From Mobula hypostoma (lineage: Eukaryota): a DNA stretch of 64,000 nt. Under the pieces are notes generated by a model, which was not told where the DNA came from, searched no databases, and saw only the letters and a list, made by a program, of their open reading frames with translations. The position numbers and the translations under genes were made by a program. Position 1 is the first letter of the stretch. Each line of letters opens with the position of its first letter. Shown piece by piece: positions 25,036 through 38,099 of this stretch. The stretch is from assembly GCF_963921235.1 (NCBI RefSeq), contig NC_086108.1:61940001-62004000 (forward strand), given 5' to 3'.

Positions 25036-28000
25036 AGCATTTGGGATTGATTGGCAAAAGAAAATTAAAGGAAGGCAAGGGCAGGCACAGCAGCCATTGT
25101 CTAAGTGGACAGAGTCAGAGCGGTGATCTTAAATTTAGCTCTTCGAGGCTTCAGCGAAGAGAAGCTTCAGTCAGAGAAGGTGAAAGAAAAGCTGAACAAA
25201 TAAGTTTCTTTCTCCCTTCCCTTCATATGTCCCCTAGTTACCTGCTCAAATAGGACAATAGAGATGCCAGGCAGGATAGTTGAATGCTCCTCATGTAGGA
25301 TGTGGGAAGACAGGGAGTCCTCCAGTGTCCCTAATAACTATAAGTGCGAGAAGAGCATTCAGCTGCGGCTTCTAACAGTTTGTGTTAAGGAGCTGGAGCT
25401 GGAACTGGATGAACTCTGGATCATTGGGAGGCTGGCAGGATGATAGATAGGACATATGGAGAGGTAGTTGCACCCAAGGGGCAGGACACAGGAAACTGGG
25501 TGACAGTCAGGAAGGAGAAAGGGTTATACAGCCAGTTGAGAGTACCCCTGTGGCCACCCCCCTCAACAACAGGTATACCACTTTGGATGCTGTCGGTGGC
25601 GGGGCGGGGATTGACCGAACAGAGGAAAGTCACAGTGGTTAGGTCTCTGACACTGAGTCTGGCTCTGTGACTTTAAAAGGGAGGTGAGAAGAAGAAGCAT
25701 GCTGTGGTGATAGGGGATTTGTTAGTTAGGAGAATAAACAGGGGGCTCTGTGGGTGAGAACAAGATTCCCAGTTGGTTTGTTGCATCCCGGGTGCCAGGG
25801 TTCTGGATATATCGGATCAAGTCCTCAGCATTCTTAAATGGTAAGGTGAACAGCCAGAAGCCATAGTCTATGTAGGTAACAATGACATGTGTAGGACAAG
25901 TGACAAGGTTCTGCATAGGGAATTCAGGGAGTTAGGTGCTATGCTGAAGGGCAGGACCTCCAGAGATGTGATCTCAGGATTGCTACCTGTGCCACGTGCC
26001 AGTGAGACCAGAGCTAGGAAGATTATACAGTTTAATACATGGCTAAGGACTTGGTGTAGGAAGGAGGGCATAAGAGTTTTGGATCATTGGTCTCTTCCTG
26101 GGAAGGTGGCACCTGTACAAACAGGACAGGTTGTATCCGAACTGAGGGGGACTAATAACTTAGTGGGAAGGTTTGTTAATACTGCATGGCGGGGTTTAAA
26201 CTAAAGTTGCTAGTGGATGGGAACTAGGGTGCCGGAACAGTAAGAGGAGAGGTTATGGAGGCAGATGTTGGTAAGGCCTCATACAAAGTTAGGAATCAAA
26301 AGGTTGAGCATGGTGCAACTAGTGTCCTGCACTGCCTATATTTCAACGCAAGAAGTATCATAGGAAAGGCGGATGATAGTGCTGAAGATGAGGTAACTAG
26401 TTTACAAACAGAGGCAATGTGTAGTGGGAAGAGGCTGTTGTTAGGGGAAACTTATTGTCAACAGGATGAGTTGCAACGTAAAAGGCGGACAAAATTGAAA
26501 AGGGTGAATACAGGACTGAAGGTCTTAAATTTGAATGCACACAGTACACAGAATAAAATAGATGAACTTGCAGCTCAGTTACAGATTGGCATGTGTGATG
26601 TTGTAGGCATCATTGAATCATAGCTGAGAGAAAATTATACTTAATGCCCAAGGATACACATTATATCAAAAGGACAGGCAGGAAGGCAGAGGGGGCGGCA
26701 TTGCGCTGTTGGTAAAAAATGAAATTCAATCATTAGAAAGAGTTGACATAAGTTCAGAAGGTGTTGAATCATTGTGGATAGAGCTAAAGAACTGCAAGTG
26801 TAAAAAGATCTTCATGGGAGTTGTATACAGACCACCCAAAACAGTAGTAAGGATGTGGTCTATAAATTGCAACGGGAGATAGAAAAAGCATGCTTAAAGG
26901 GCAATGTTACAATAATCATGGGGGATTTCAATATGCAAGTAGATTGTTGCCGGATTCCAGGAGGAGGAGTTTCTAGAATGCCTTTGAGATGGCTTTTTAG
27001 AGCAGCTCATGGCTGAGCCCACTGGGGAAATCAGCTATTCTGCAATGAACCAGAATTGATTAGAGAGCTTAAGGTAAAAGAACCCTCAGGGGAAGTGATC
27101 ATAATATGATCAAATTCACCCTGAAATTTGAGAGGAGAAGCTAAAGTCAGATGCTTCCGTATTGCAGTGGAGTAAAGGGAATGACAGAGGCATGAGAGAG
27201 GAGTTGGCCAGAATTAATTAGAAAAGAACACTGGCAGAGATGACAGCAGAGCAGTAATGTCTAGGATTTCTTGATGCAAAGGGAAAGAGGTATTATAAAA
27301 GCAAGATGACACAGCCATGGTTAACAAGAGAAATCAAAGCCAACATAAAAGCCAAAGAGAGGGCATATAACAGAGCAAAAATTAGTGGGAAGTTAGAGGA
27401 TTTGGAAGCTTTTCAAAACCAACAGGAAACTAAAAATGTCATTAAGAAGGTAAAGATGGAATTTGAAAGTCAGCTAGCCAATAACATTAAAGGAGATATC
27501 AGAAGTTTCTTCCGATACATACATAAAGTGTAAAAGAGAGGTGAGAGTGGATATCGGACCACTGGAAAATGATGCTGGAGAGGTAGTAATGGCAGACAAG
27601 GAAATGGCAGAAGAACTGAATAAGTATTTAGCATCATTTGTTCACTGTGGAAAACATTAGCATTATGGTGGAAATTCCAGGTGTCAGGGATCATGAAGAG
27701 GGTGAAGTTACCATTAGCAGAGAAAAGGTTCTTGGGAAACTGAAAGGTCTGAAAGTAGATAGGTCATCTGGACCAGATAGTGTAGCCCAGAGTTCTGAAA
27801 GAGGTAGCTGAAGAGATTGTGGATTAATTAGTAACAATCTTTCAGGAATCTTTTGATTCTGGAATGTTTCCAGTGTACTGGAAAATTGCAAACGTCATTC
27901 CACTCTTCAAAAAGAGAGAGAGAGACAGACAGAAGAAAGAAAACTATAGGCCAGTTAGTCTAAGGACAAATCTCTTGGAATTCTTTGAAGAAATAAGCTG

Positions 28001-29162
28001 GATAGACAAAGGAGAATAAGTTGATGTTGCGTACATAGATTTTCAGAAGGTCTTTGACAACGTGCTGCATGAAGCTGTTTAACAAGCTACAAACCCATGG
28101 TATTACAGGAAAGATCCTAGCACAGATAAAGCAGTGGCTGATTTACAGGAAGCAAGAAGTGGGAATAAAGAGAGCCTCGTCTGGTTGGATACCAGTGACT
28201 ATTGGTATTCCACAGGGGTCTGTGTTGAGACCGATTCTTTTTATGTTATATGTCAATGATTTGGATAATGGAATTGATGGCTTCGATGCAAAGTTTGCAG
28301 AGAATATGAAAATAGGTGGAGGAGCAGGTAGTTTTGTGCAAGTAGAGAGGCTACAGAAGGACTTAGACAGATTAGGAGAATGGGCAAAAAAGTAGCAGAT
28401 GGAATATAGTGTCGGTAAGTGTATGGTCATGCACTTTGGTAGAAGAAATGAAAGGATTGACCATTTTCTAAATGGAGAGAAAATACAGAAAACTGAGGTG
28501 CAAAGGAACTTGGGAATTCTTGTGCAGAATTCCCTAAAAGTTAATTTTCAGGTTGAGTCTGTGGTAAGGAAGGCAAATGCAAAGTTAGCATTTATTTCAA
28601 GACGACTGGAATATAGTTCAAGGTGAAAGGTCTTGATAGAGTGGATGTGGGGAGGATGTTTCCTGTGGCTCCTGTTTCCTGTGGTGAGGGGGGTCTGCCG
28701 GAGCACACATCCCCAGAATAGAGGGGTGTCCTTTTAGAATAATGAGGAGAAATTTCTTTAGCCAGAGAGTGGTGAATCTGGAATTCTTTGCCACAGGCAA
28801 CTGTGGAGGCCAAATCTTTGTATATTTAAGGCAGAGGTTGATAGATTCTTGATTGGTCAGGGCATGAAGGGATACGGGGAGAAGGCAGGAGATTGGGGCT
28901 GAGAGGAAATTGGATCAGCCATGATGAAATAGTAAAGCAGACTCGATGGGCCAAATGGTCTAACTCTACTCCCAAGTCTTGTGGTCTAAGATGGTGGTGA
29001 TGACAAGTTCCCAAGAATGATGCGTGGCTGGGGTCGTGTGTTTGGGTGAGCACATGGTCAAAACTTCAGGGGGCAGCAGAGATTACAGAGGGGGAGCAGT
29101 GAGAGGAGGTTTCACTGAACTCCCGTCAAAGAGAAGATTTAAACTTCTTCAGGGTAGCTGTC

Positions 29163-29393
29163 TGTGGTAAACCATATATATATGTTGTAACTGGGTTAAC
29201 TGTCTGGACACGCCCCTCTGCTGACTACCCCTGTGGCTCCTCCCACAGAGTCCTGTATAAAGGTGATTTCGTCTTGCCCCTCTCCCTCAGTCCGGGGGCA
29301 GACACTCACCATGGAGGTCGTATCGTACAGCCAGTAAAAGCCGTTCAGTACTTTACCAAACCTCGGTCTTTTGGAGTTATTGAAGGTGCTTCA
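29163..29393 (+). mobile_element. Solo LTR (231 bp)
   Basis: TG...CA ends, tataaa and agtaaa signals, 5-bp TSD ctgtc/ccgtc. Confidence 0.8.
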
Positions 29394-30154
29394 CCGTCCC
29401 TTGAAGAGACTTCATATTGGAGTAGCAAATCCTACATACAAGAGGTTCTGCATATGCTGGAAATCCAGAGCAACGCTCAATGCATTAGTAAGTTTTAAGT
29501 GCTTATCATATCCATGACACAGTGAACATGATTTGTAATCCAGTGCTTAAGAATATTTTGGGAATGCTTGGAAATCGTTTGCAGGTTGACACTTTCATAA
29601 TTCAGACAGACATCAATTTTACTCTTTTACTGAGATGCAGGCAGCATCTTAATAAGTGAACCACTTCAATGCGGCAAATAAAATTTAGCAGATGCAGCTG
29701 TGCATAATAACAATGGGAGTGATGATGAGGTGACACTGATGTCTTCTGCCATGTAATACTGAGATTCTTTTCTTCCATTAAAGTGACAGTTTCATTCTGT
29801 TCTCAATAACATGACAGTTCTATCAAGTCATTAACATCATTACAACGCTCTTCTTTAAAATACTATGAATACCTTCCTAAATTGCAAGCATGTTATTGTT
29901 AGTTTCTCCCCCATATGTCAACTCCATACCTTTGTCACTCTTCTTAACCTTTAAAAGCACCAAACACCAATTGATTGAAAAGATGAAAATTATATTCTCA
30001 GCATTTGGGCACAGGAAACCCAACTAGTTATAGTATGGTTTGCTACACCGCCGCTTCATCAAATGTTTATTTTGCAGGTATTGCATTGCGTGACAATGCA
30101 TATACTCAATAATGTGCTTTTGTTGACGGGGGGGGGAGGGGGGTGACATGATAG

Positions 30155-30395
30155 GGGGTGACGTGCCCAGGGTTCAGAGTTCACTTCCAACGCAACGTGT
30201 AAGAAGTATGTACATCCTTCCCGTAGGCACGCCGGGTTCCTCCCATATTCCAAAGACATATTGTTAAGTAGGTTAATTGGCCATTAGAAATTGTAAACCC
30301 ATGGTTAGGCTTGGGTTAAATGGAGTGGCTGGGCAGTGCGCTTCATTGGGCTGGAAGGACCTGTTCCACACAGTATCTCTAAATAAAAATAAAAA
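30155..30395 (+). mobile_element. V-SINE remnant
   Basis: ccgggttcctcccatattccaaagac V domain and an aaataaaaataaaaa tail. Confidence 0.65.
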
Positions 30396-31519
30396 CAAAT
30401 TCAGTATCATAACATTCTGAACTATTGTCAATAGTACCTTCAGTTCTATGCAAATGAAATTCTTTAATTTCGCACTGTTAAGGCTAAATATACTTGCAGG
30501 ACATATAGGTTAATGAACCAGAGGCACAATATTTCAGCCTTTTTCCAGAACAGAGTACTGGATTCATGCAGTAAGTGGGGGTTTCCTGTACTACCTCTTA
30601 GATGTGGTTTAGATCAGTAAATACCGTTTAAAAATCTTGGTTGCATCTTATTCCCTTAAAGATAAAATGTTAGAGCTTTATACATTTTCAATACCTTCTC
30701 ATCCTGTCAACCATCCAAATGTGAGGTTACTTTGGCAAGTCCTGTCATAGGTCAGCTGGAACATTGGGGAGGTGAACGAAGGGTAGCAGAGAGCTTGATT
30801 GCATACCTGTTCAGACAGGTATCATTCTGCCAACAGTAACGTTAAACTTTCTGCAAAGCCTCATGATTTAGCTAGCTTGCTCTATCAATCAAGATTGCAG
30901 TTAAAATTTAATTTATTAATTTTTGGGTTATTAACATCCATGCCTTGAGGACATCTCTGCTGTCACTTCAAACTGTTCACAATTTCATTTTATGCACTGT
31001 TAAACTTCCCTCAGCACTAGCAATATGTAAGACAAAGATTAAGCTGCAGTACTAGAAGTGAGTTGGGTCCAGAGCGAGTGAAATTGAACTGTCTCGAAAG
31101 TGTACAGGAGTCCCCAAACTACTGACTGCTGTGCAGACAGCTGGTTGACATTGTGTTACCTTGTCACTTCCAAGATTTCTGTTTTCAGCTAGCACCAAAC
31201 TTTAATTCATTGGTCACATTCACAGTATCATAACAGCAATAACTTCAGGTAAGGGCAGCATGCACAAGCTAAAGGTGTGTGGGGCTACATTGGTTACTGT
31301 ATCTGGCAGTTCTGCAGAAAGTAAATATGATAAAGGAAGATTGAAATACACCATGAGAGAATACAGGAGAAGATAGTTTTGCTGATGTTACGTTAAGTGA
31401 TTTGATGAAAGTAAGAGAGATGTGTAGGGGAATGGAGGAGCTCGGGGACACTCCAGACACAGACACCAGACCAAGGGACCTAGCTGCACAAAGTTTAATA
31501 ACCTATAATAGTGGCCAAG

Positions 31520-32263
31520 GTTAAATCAATAGATCAAGTTTAATTATCATTCAACCACACATGAATAAAGTCGAATGAAGCAGAGTTCCTCCAGGGCAAA
31601 GATTCAATATACATAACCACGTGTGCCTTTGGTAGTGATTTCAATAAAACATACAGTCACAAGAAAAGTCCCTGCATGGCAAGACTGTAGAATTGATAAC
31701 AAGTTGTCCATGTCCAGCTTGTTCTTCTACCAAGCAAGCACTGGTGGGGTAGCACTGACAGGCGGGGTCAGTCCCCAACCCAGCTATGGACTTCAATGTG
31801 CCCCGCAGGGCTCTCCCACACCGCACTCGTGTCTCCTCTTCTGGTTGGCTGCCACAGGTGACACTTAGGGCTCGGCCTAGTCCTTGCCGTAACCACGGTA
31901 ATGCAGCTCCCCTGCCGATGGTCTCGCCAGTGAACCAGACTGGCAGTATTCTATGTCACCAGTGTTCAAGAGGGTCTAGCAATCACAATAAAAACATCCA
32001 GGACAATCACTCCCTCTGTTTGTTGGTCTGTGTACCTTCTTGACACAACAGTACACAACAAGTCCAGGTAACAACACAACAAGAGCACATCACAAGTCCA
32101 GCTCTATCACTATTGAACAACTTGCTGATGGGATATTCCTGCAGCATTTGATGTTCTTAGTATCCAGCGGTGACATGTGATTGTAAAAAAAAATATATAA
32201 AGATCAACAAATACAGCTTTGACTGGACCCAGGGTGGTCATTGACCAAGCATGCTGCCATCTT
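31520..32263 (-). mobile_element. Non-coding bipartite retroposon (aagatggc 5' end, Rex-type 3' end)
   Basis: The first ~170 bp on the minus strand are homologous to 42510-42680. The tail resembles the Rex1 3' ends in this window. No RT. Confidence 0.55.
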
Positions 32264-32558
32264 ACCATGTTGCTTTTTGCTGTGTTGAAATACATCTTCA
32301 AATGTCATATCCGATCGTTTGTTCAGCTAATCTCAATTCACAACACTCCCAGCACTCAATTGCCAACATAATCAATCAACTAGGGCTCACACCTAACATC
32401 CATATGCTTCACTTAACCCTCCATCTTACAAGCAGTTCGCAGACTTTGCCAGCTATTCAATGTCACCCAAAGAGATTACGTAAAACTCACTGACACTCTG
32501 CTCTTCTCTTCTCTTGCAGCAAGTGATCAATTGGAGGCAGGAGGAGTTGCTTCTAGAG

Positions 32559-32637
32559 CAGGGGTTTGAAACCTGGGGTCCACAGACCCCTCAGTGAATG
32601 GTAGGGGTCCACGGCATAAAGAGTTTGGGAGCCCCTG
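32559..32637. mobile_element. hAT (Charlie-like) MITE, 79 bp
   Basis: cagggg...cccctg termini and a perfect 8-bp TSD ttctagag (32551-32558, 32638-32645). Confidence 0.88.
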
Positions 32638-32776
32638 TTCTAGAGGGATTGTCTTACAAGTCCTCACCCCAAGCTGATCACTATTGGAATAGCCACTGCT
32701 GAAATCAGGGTAGATGGCAAATGTGAAACAATAATAACTGATTTCTTTAGCTTAAATCCCATTTCCCTCTCATATG

Positions 32777-32922
32777 ACCATAAGATAATAGGAGCAGAAT
32801 TAGGCCATTTGTCCCATTGAGTCTGCTCCACTATTTCATCATGGCTGATCCAATTTTCATCTCAGCCCTAATCCCCTGCCTTCTCCCTGCATCCCTTCAT
32901 GCCCTGACCAATCAAGAATCTC
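32777..32922 (-). mobile_element. CR1 3' UTR fragment
   Basis: Reverse complement of the CR1 3' end seen at 28840-28990. Confidence 0.8.
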
Positions 32923-34054
32923 ATACTTTTTTCCTGCAGAGAGTGAATCTTCCAATTTTTGCCTATTATTTTCACTAAAAAAAGATACAAGAAGAAAGAA
33001 CAAGAGTAAACTTTGATACCCTTGGTGCCTCTTCTGCTGTTCAATAAGTCCATAGCATTAACCTCACAGCCTTTCCATCACACTTGGGAACTCCAGACTG
33101 GTGACGCACTTCAGGAAAAGCAAGACAGCAAATGATGAAGATACAGAAACATCACTTAATCTCATATGTATGACCAATCAGCTCTTGAAGCTAACTCCAC
33201 ATTCATAAATATTGGGGGTAGGATTTATACATCAGATATTATTGACCTGCATTGCAGGTAGTTGGCTAGGATACCACATTGGTATGTACTGTAAGGTTCC
33301 CAGTAAATCTGTAGTTGAGGGTTTGATGGGAAGGTCATTCAGTTTGAAGCTGAGTTTGTTAGACATTTCCATGTGTGGTGCTCATTGACTGGTTCCTGTA
33401 TAACATGAGTGCTGCTACCAAATATCAGTCCTAGCCTGACTGCTGGTGTCCGGGCTTTCCTGCATACAGACGTGGACTGTTCCATTACCTGATAAATTAA
33501 AATTAAACTGAACATTAGACAAGCATGAGGGAAAGTAATGAAGGGAAGGCAAAGGTGAAGGTGCCTTGATAAGCAGCTGAAGGTACTCTTGCTTAATAAC
33601 CAATAGCCAAAATAACCACATTCCTTCTAAGATTGCTTTTCTATTAGAAACTCACTGAGTTCTTGAAAACCAGCACCTACCTCATATCAACTGCTCAATC
33701 CAATGTTCTTTCAACTCCATTTGGATGTACTTAAGGGATCTCCCCCAAACTAAGTTTATATATCTGCTCACTTAGACTCAATGTCAGAATTAATATACTT
33801 ACAGCTATCTCAACAGATCGAAGGACTTGGTATCTGTGATAGTTTCCATAGCAACAACTAAGTGTCAAATCTTATTTATAATCTTTGTTCACAAGGCCAA
33901 TATGTTGAGAACTGCAAAGATCCTCCAGTTGTCTACTCAGGATACAATGTGTCACCAAGGTTCTGAATGGATTGATTATCAGCAAAATCAGAAGCCACTT
34001 CAGCAGAATAGCTGTAGTCATAAATGATTCCTCTTTCATTTACCCTAGAGCTTC

Positions 34055-34540
34055 ATTCAAGATTATTTGTCATTCTTCAATACATGAGTGTAAAGGAGAA
34101 TGAAATGATTGTTACTCGTGCTGCATTTGATCCAGAGAAAAACACGGTGAGAAAACAATAAAAACACAGTATAAAGAAACCCTATAAAATACAACATCCA
34201 AGTAACTGTTATATACATAGACTGATTGTAAGGAAATAAAGTGACACTACTTGATGTGTATGTAGTTGTATTGGGTTGGGTTTATGGGTGAGGTGTTGAT
34301 CAGCCTCACGGCTTGTGGGAAGTAACTGTTTTTGAGTCTGGTGGTCCTGGTGTGGATTGTGCATAGCCTCTTTCCTGCTGGGAGTGGGACAAAGAGTCCA
34401 CAAGCAGGGTGTGTGGAATCCTTTATGATTTAGCTGGCTTTCCCCCCCAAGCACCTTTCTGCATGCATGAACTTGATGGCGAGTAGATTGGTGCCAGTGA
34501 TGCATTGGGCAGTTTTAACTACCAGCTGCAGAGCCCCATC
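34055..34540 (-). mobile_element. Rex1-like 3' fragment
   Basis: Minus strand carries aaggattccacacaccctgct...accaccagactcaaaaacagttacttccc and a Rex-type tail. Confidence 0.7.
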
Positions 34541-34589
34541 ATCTGTTGGTTCTAGAATTTACATTAAATGACTAACTGAGTCAAAGTCT

Positions 34590-35260
34590 TAGAATAATTC
34601 AGCACAGAAACAGACCCTTTGACCCAACTTGTTCATTCTGATCAAGATTCACACCCAGGCTAGTCGCATTTGCCCACATTTGGCCCATATCCTCTATTCA
34701 TGTATTGTCCCAATCACATCTGAATGTTATTATTGTGCCTGCTTCAGCCTCTTTCTCTGTCAGCTCGTTCTATATATAACACCACCTTCTGCATGAAGAA
34801 ATTGTTCCTTACATTCTTTTTAATTTTTCCCCTCTCACATTAAAACTATGACCTCGAGTTTACGTAAAAACGAAATTGGAACAAAGTGGGTGAAGTTGAG
34901 ATGGTTGATGAACGGAGGGTCTTGGCCTGAAACGTCGACTGTGCTTCTTCCTATGGGTGCTGTCTGGCCTGCTGCATTCCACCAGCATTTTGTGTGTGTA
35001 CCTTGAGTTTATGGTTCCCTTTGCCTGGGAAAGAAACTGTGCATTCACCATATCTGCGCTCATCACCTTATGCATCTCGAAATGGCCGCCCCTCAAAATC
35101 CTACATTCCAAGGCATAAAGTCCTAGTCTGCCCAGCCTTTCCCCAAATAACTCAGGTCCTCGAGTCCTGGAAACATTCTTATAGATCCTCACTGCACTTT
35201 TTACAGCTTAATGACAACCTTCCTGTTACAGATAGACCAAAGCTGTGCACCACAATTGGA
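34590..35260 (-). mobile_element. CR1 3' fragment containing a PLE-terminus insertion
   Basis: ORF 34860-35192 (ERLGRLGLYALE). Confidence 0.75.
34863..34999 (+). mobile_element. Short PLE-terminus insertion with ~50 bp of unrelated 5' sequence
   Basis: agggtcttggcctgaaacgtcgactg...gcattttgtgtgtg, with TSD acctcgagttta/accttgagttta (34851-34862, 35000-35011). Confidence 0.8.
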
Positions 35261-36084
35261 CCATGAAGGTGTCCCTATTTTGTTATCCTACATGGTTAAA
35301 GTTGACATCTAGTGACTGTAAAGCAATTTAAGCAGTTGATGGCACACTGCATTGGAAAACTAGCGCAGTTGTAAAGTTTCTCCACTTGAAAAGAACAAAA
35401 TATAACTACTTTCTTTGAATATGGAGTCTCTCTTATTGATGGAAAATTCTGTGACGTTGCAAATATGTTTAGTTCTATCTTGTATGTAGACTGGTGCACT
35501 GCAGATATTTGTAACATTTCACCCTCTCCATCCACCCCATCTCATTCCCCAATCCATGCCCGTTTGGGGGATATCACAATGAGACTGGCATGGCTGAGCT
35601 GTATTTCTTGCTGATAATTTCTGACAGTTCATACACTTCTTTTTCTGAACTACTGTACCGAACAAAGGGTGAATTTCCAGTTGTCAGCCCTCAATAGCAG
35701 CTCACTGTAAGGTGGCATTTATTGTAAAGTACCCAGGAGTATTTATAATGAAGAAAAACAGTTAACTAGCAGAAAATAAAGGAATTGGATATGCATAGGG
35801 GAAGAACTGAAGACATTGATAAAGAATTACTGCAGCAGGGATGGGAAATGTTTTTTGTTCTTTTCAGAGTGGGTTCAGAAAGAATTTCAGAAGAAAGGAA
35901 ACAGTTGGTGAAGTATTAAACTGGACACAGTCAGACTGAGATAAGCATCAAATGATGGAGATAATGAGCAGTACTCAGTTGTAGGATTTTATTTATTCAC
36001 TTATCAATGCAAGTGTCACTAGCAAGGTCTACGTTTACTGTCAAAAAACAAAAGTACGATGACTATTTAAGTCTGAAGTAGGTA

Positions 36085-36297
36085 CAGGGAATGCTTCAAA
36101 TTCTGGTCAGTCAGACAGTCTTTATAGTAAGGGGAAAAAAGTCAAGATTTCAGGTCAATGATTTGGAAAATTGAATCTTTCGCTTATCTTCATCACAACT
36201 GATATGCTGATGAAAGGTCATCAACTTGAAATGTTAATTTAATATCTCTCTCCACAGATGCTCTCAGGCCTGCTGGGTATTTCCAGCATTTACTGTC
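36085..36297. mobile_element. Older degenerate PLE-terminus fold-back element
   Basis: ctgatgaaaggtcatcaacttgaaatg...cacagatgct...cctgctgggtatttccagcatt, with a weak inverted left arm. Confidence 0.55.
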
Positions 36298-37299
36298 CAT
36301 CCTTAATTTCCTTTAGGAACTGCTGGCTAATTTGTAAATCTAGAAATAATATGTGTTGCAGCTTTAATAGATCAGAAAAGCCTTGCCTAATTAAAACTAG
36401 CCAATATAGTAGTGAATTGTTCATTTTTTAGGTGCTGGATTAACTGAGCTTGAAATGACAATCATTGAGAGTCATCAAACATATAAAACTAAAAATAAAA
36501 TGGTCTATGCCAATCCAATTTCAACAGTTCTCAAAATCAGGAAATTAGAAATTTGGAAACTGGGTCATTTCCTCAATGAGAATGAACTTAAGCCATGACC
36601 CTAGTTGGTATGCAACAAATTTAGTGAGTTGAATCCAATGCTGCTCCCAGCCCTGCCTTCCCATACACTTCTTCCAAAAATGGAAGGGACAAAAGGTTGA
36701 CTCCTTAAACTGGTCAGAGAGGGTTTGAATGGCTTTAAGTGACATGTTAGCCTCAGAGAGCAAGGATATTCTGAATCTCTATGTTTACTTGACAACCTTT
36801 CATCATCTATTTCTCAAAGGATTTATAATAACCTATAACTGGAGCCAATGGACTTTTAGAAATTTATTCAACAAGGAACGTAAAATTAAAATAGTTAATT
36901 GTAATTAACAACACATTGCAAATATTAGCAAATAGTTAAAATGATAAAAGGTAAAGAGCTTGTTTGTACTTTCTTTTTTTTCTTAGAGCTGGCTACCTTA
37001 TCTATTACTCCTTGTCCTAAAGCTGAAACCCAGATGTCAAGTGTTCCCTCGGCAAGTTGCTCTCTGGTGCAGACCCAATGGGGGACCAAACAATGGAGCA
37101 GGTAGACTGATAGACTGGCATATCACCATCCAGACATTTCAGGTTTCTAGCATGGCCGCGCATGTTCAAAGGTCTCAGACTTCCTGAGATGTGAACACTT
37201 GATAGGTATGCGTTCTCAGTCAGTCCAGAGTGAAGGTATACCTGGACTGCACCATATCGATTTAATATCAGTTAACTGAGTGAAGAATGGAAGATCTCA

Positions 37300-37605
37300 A
37301 GTATGTGGAGGCACTTGCAAGACCATGGATCTGTGCCTGGAAAGTCTTCACTCTCCAGGGCGCAGGCCTGGGCAAAGTTGTATGGAAGACCAGCAGTTGC
37401 CCATGCTGCAAGTCTCCCCTCTCCACGACACCAATGTTGTCCAAGGGAAGGGCATTAGGACCCACACAGCTTGACACCAGTGTCGTCGCAGAGCAATGTG
37501 TGATTAAGTGCCTTGCTCAAGGACACAACACATGTTGCCTCAGCTAGGGCTCAAACTCACGACCTTCAGGTCGCTAGTCCAATGCCTTAACCACTTGGCC
37601 ACGTG
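37300..37605 (-). mobile_element. CORE-type tRNA SINE
   Basis: Minus strand shows A box tggccaagtgg, B box gagtttgagccc and core gtgtccttgagcaaggcacttaa. Confidence 0.78.
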
Positions 37606-37900
37606 TAGAGGCACTACAGAGAGATTAAATTGCAGGAGTCAAAAACACGAGGGGTATTGGTGGAGTAAGAGGTTGGTGACTCTGCTCACTGCCAGAACTG
37701 CAGATAATTAAAATACACAAATATAAGATAATTCACAATGAAAGAAGCCAGAGAGAGAAAGATATGTGTGGTGATCTGCAGTTAAGCTGAAAACCTCAGA
37801 TGAAACTTTTTCTGAAATGGACACACCCAGAGTGTAGGTTTCACGTAGTATATTGGTGACCACCAGGAGAGGCAAAGTGAGTAAGCATACATTGCAGAGA

Positions 37901-38099
37901 TCCCCTGTTGCTATTCCCAGCGGCAACAAGTATACCCCTTTGGATATTGCTGTGGGGTAATGACCCATCGGGCACCTGCAGCAGCAGTTGGGACTGTGGT
38001 TCCCCTGTTGCTATTCCCAGCGGCAACAAGTATACCCCTTTGGATATTGCTGGGAGGGACGTCCCATCGGGCACCTGCAGCAGCAGTCGGGGCTGTGGT
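37901..38099 (+). repeat. 100-bp tandem duplication in CR1 ORF1
   Basis: tcccctgttgctattcccagcggcaacaagtatacccctttggatattgctg starts at 37901 and 38001. Confidence 0.95.

Larger units (their letters stand above)
24470..28990 (+). mobile_element. Near full-length degraded CR1 LINE
   Basis: 5' tandem monomers, ORF1 from 25263 (MPGRIVECSSC..., esterase), APE at about 26500, RT (ORF 28054-28395, PQGSVL), and a 3' UTR ending about 28990. Confidence 0.92.

Noticed and set aside
36987..37101. Candidate 115-nt exon with AG/GT boundaries
   Set aside because: Two frames are open but the peptides are unrecognised. It needs RNA-seq support.
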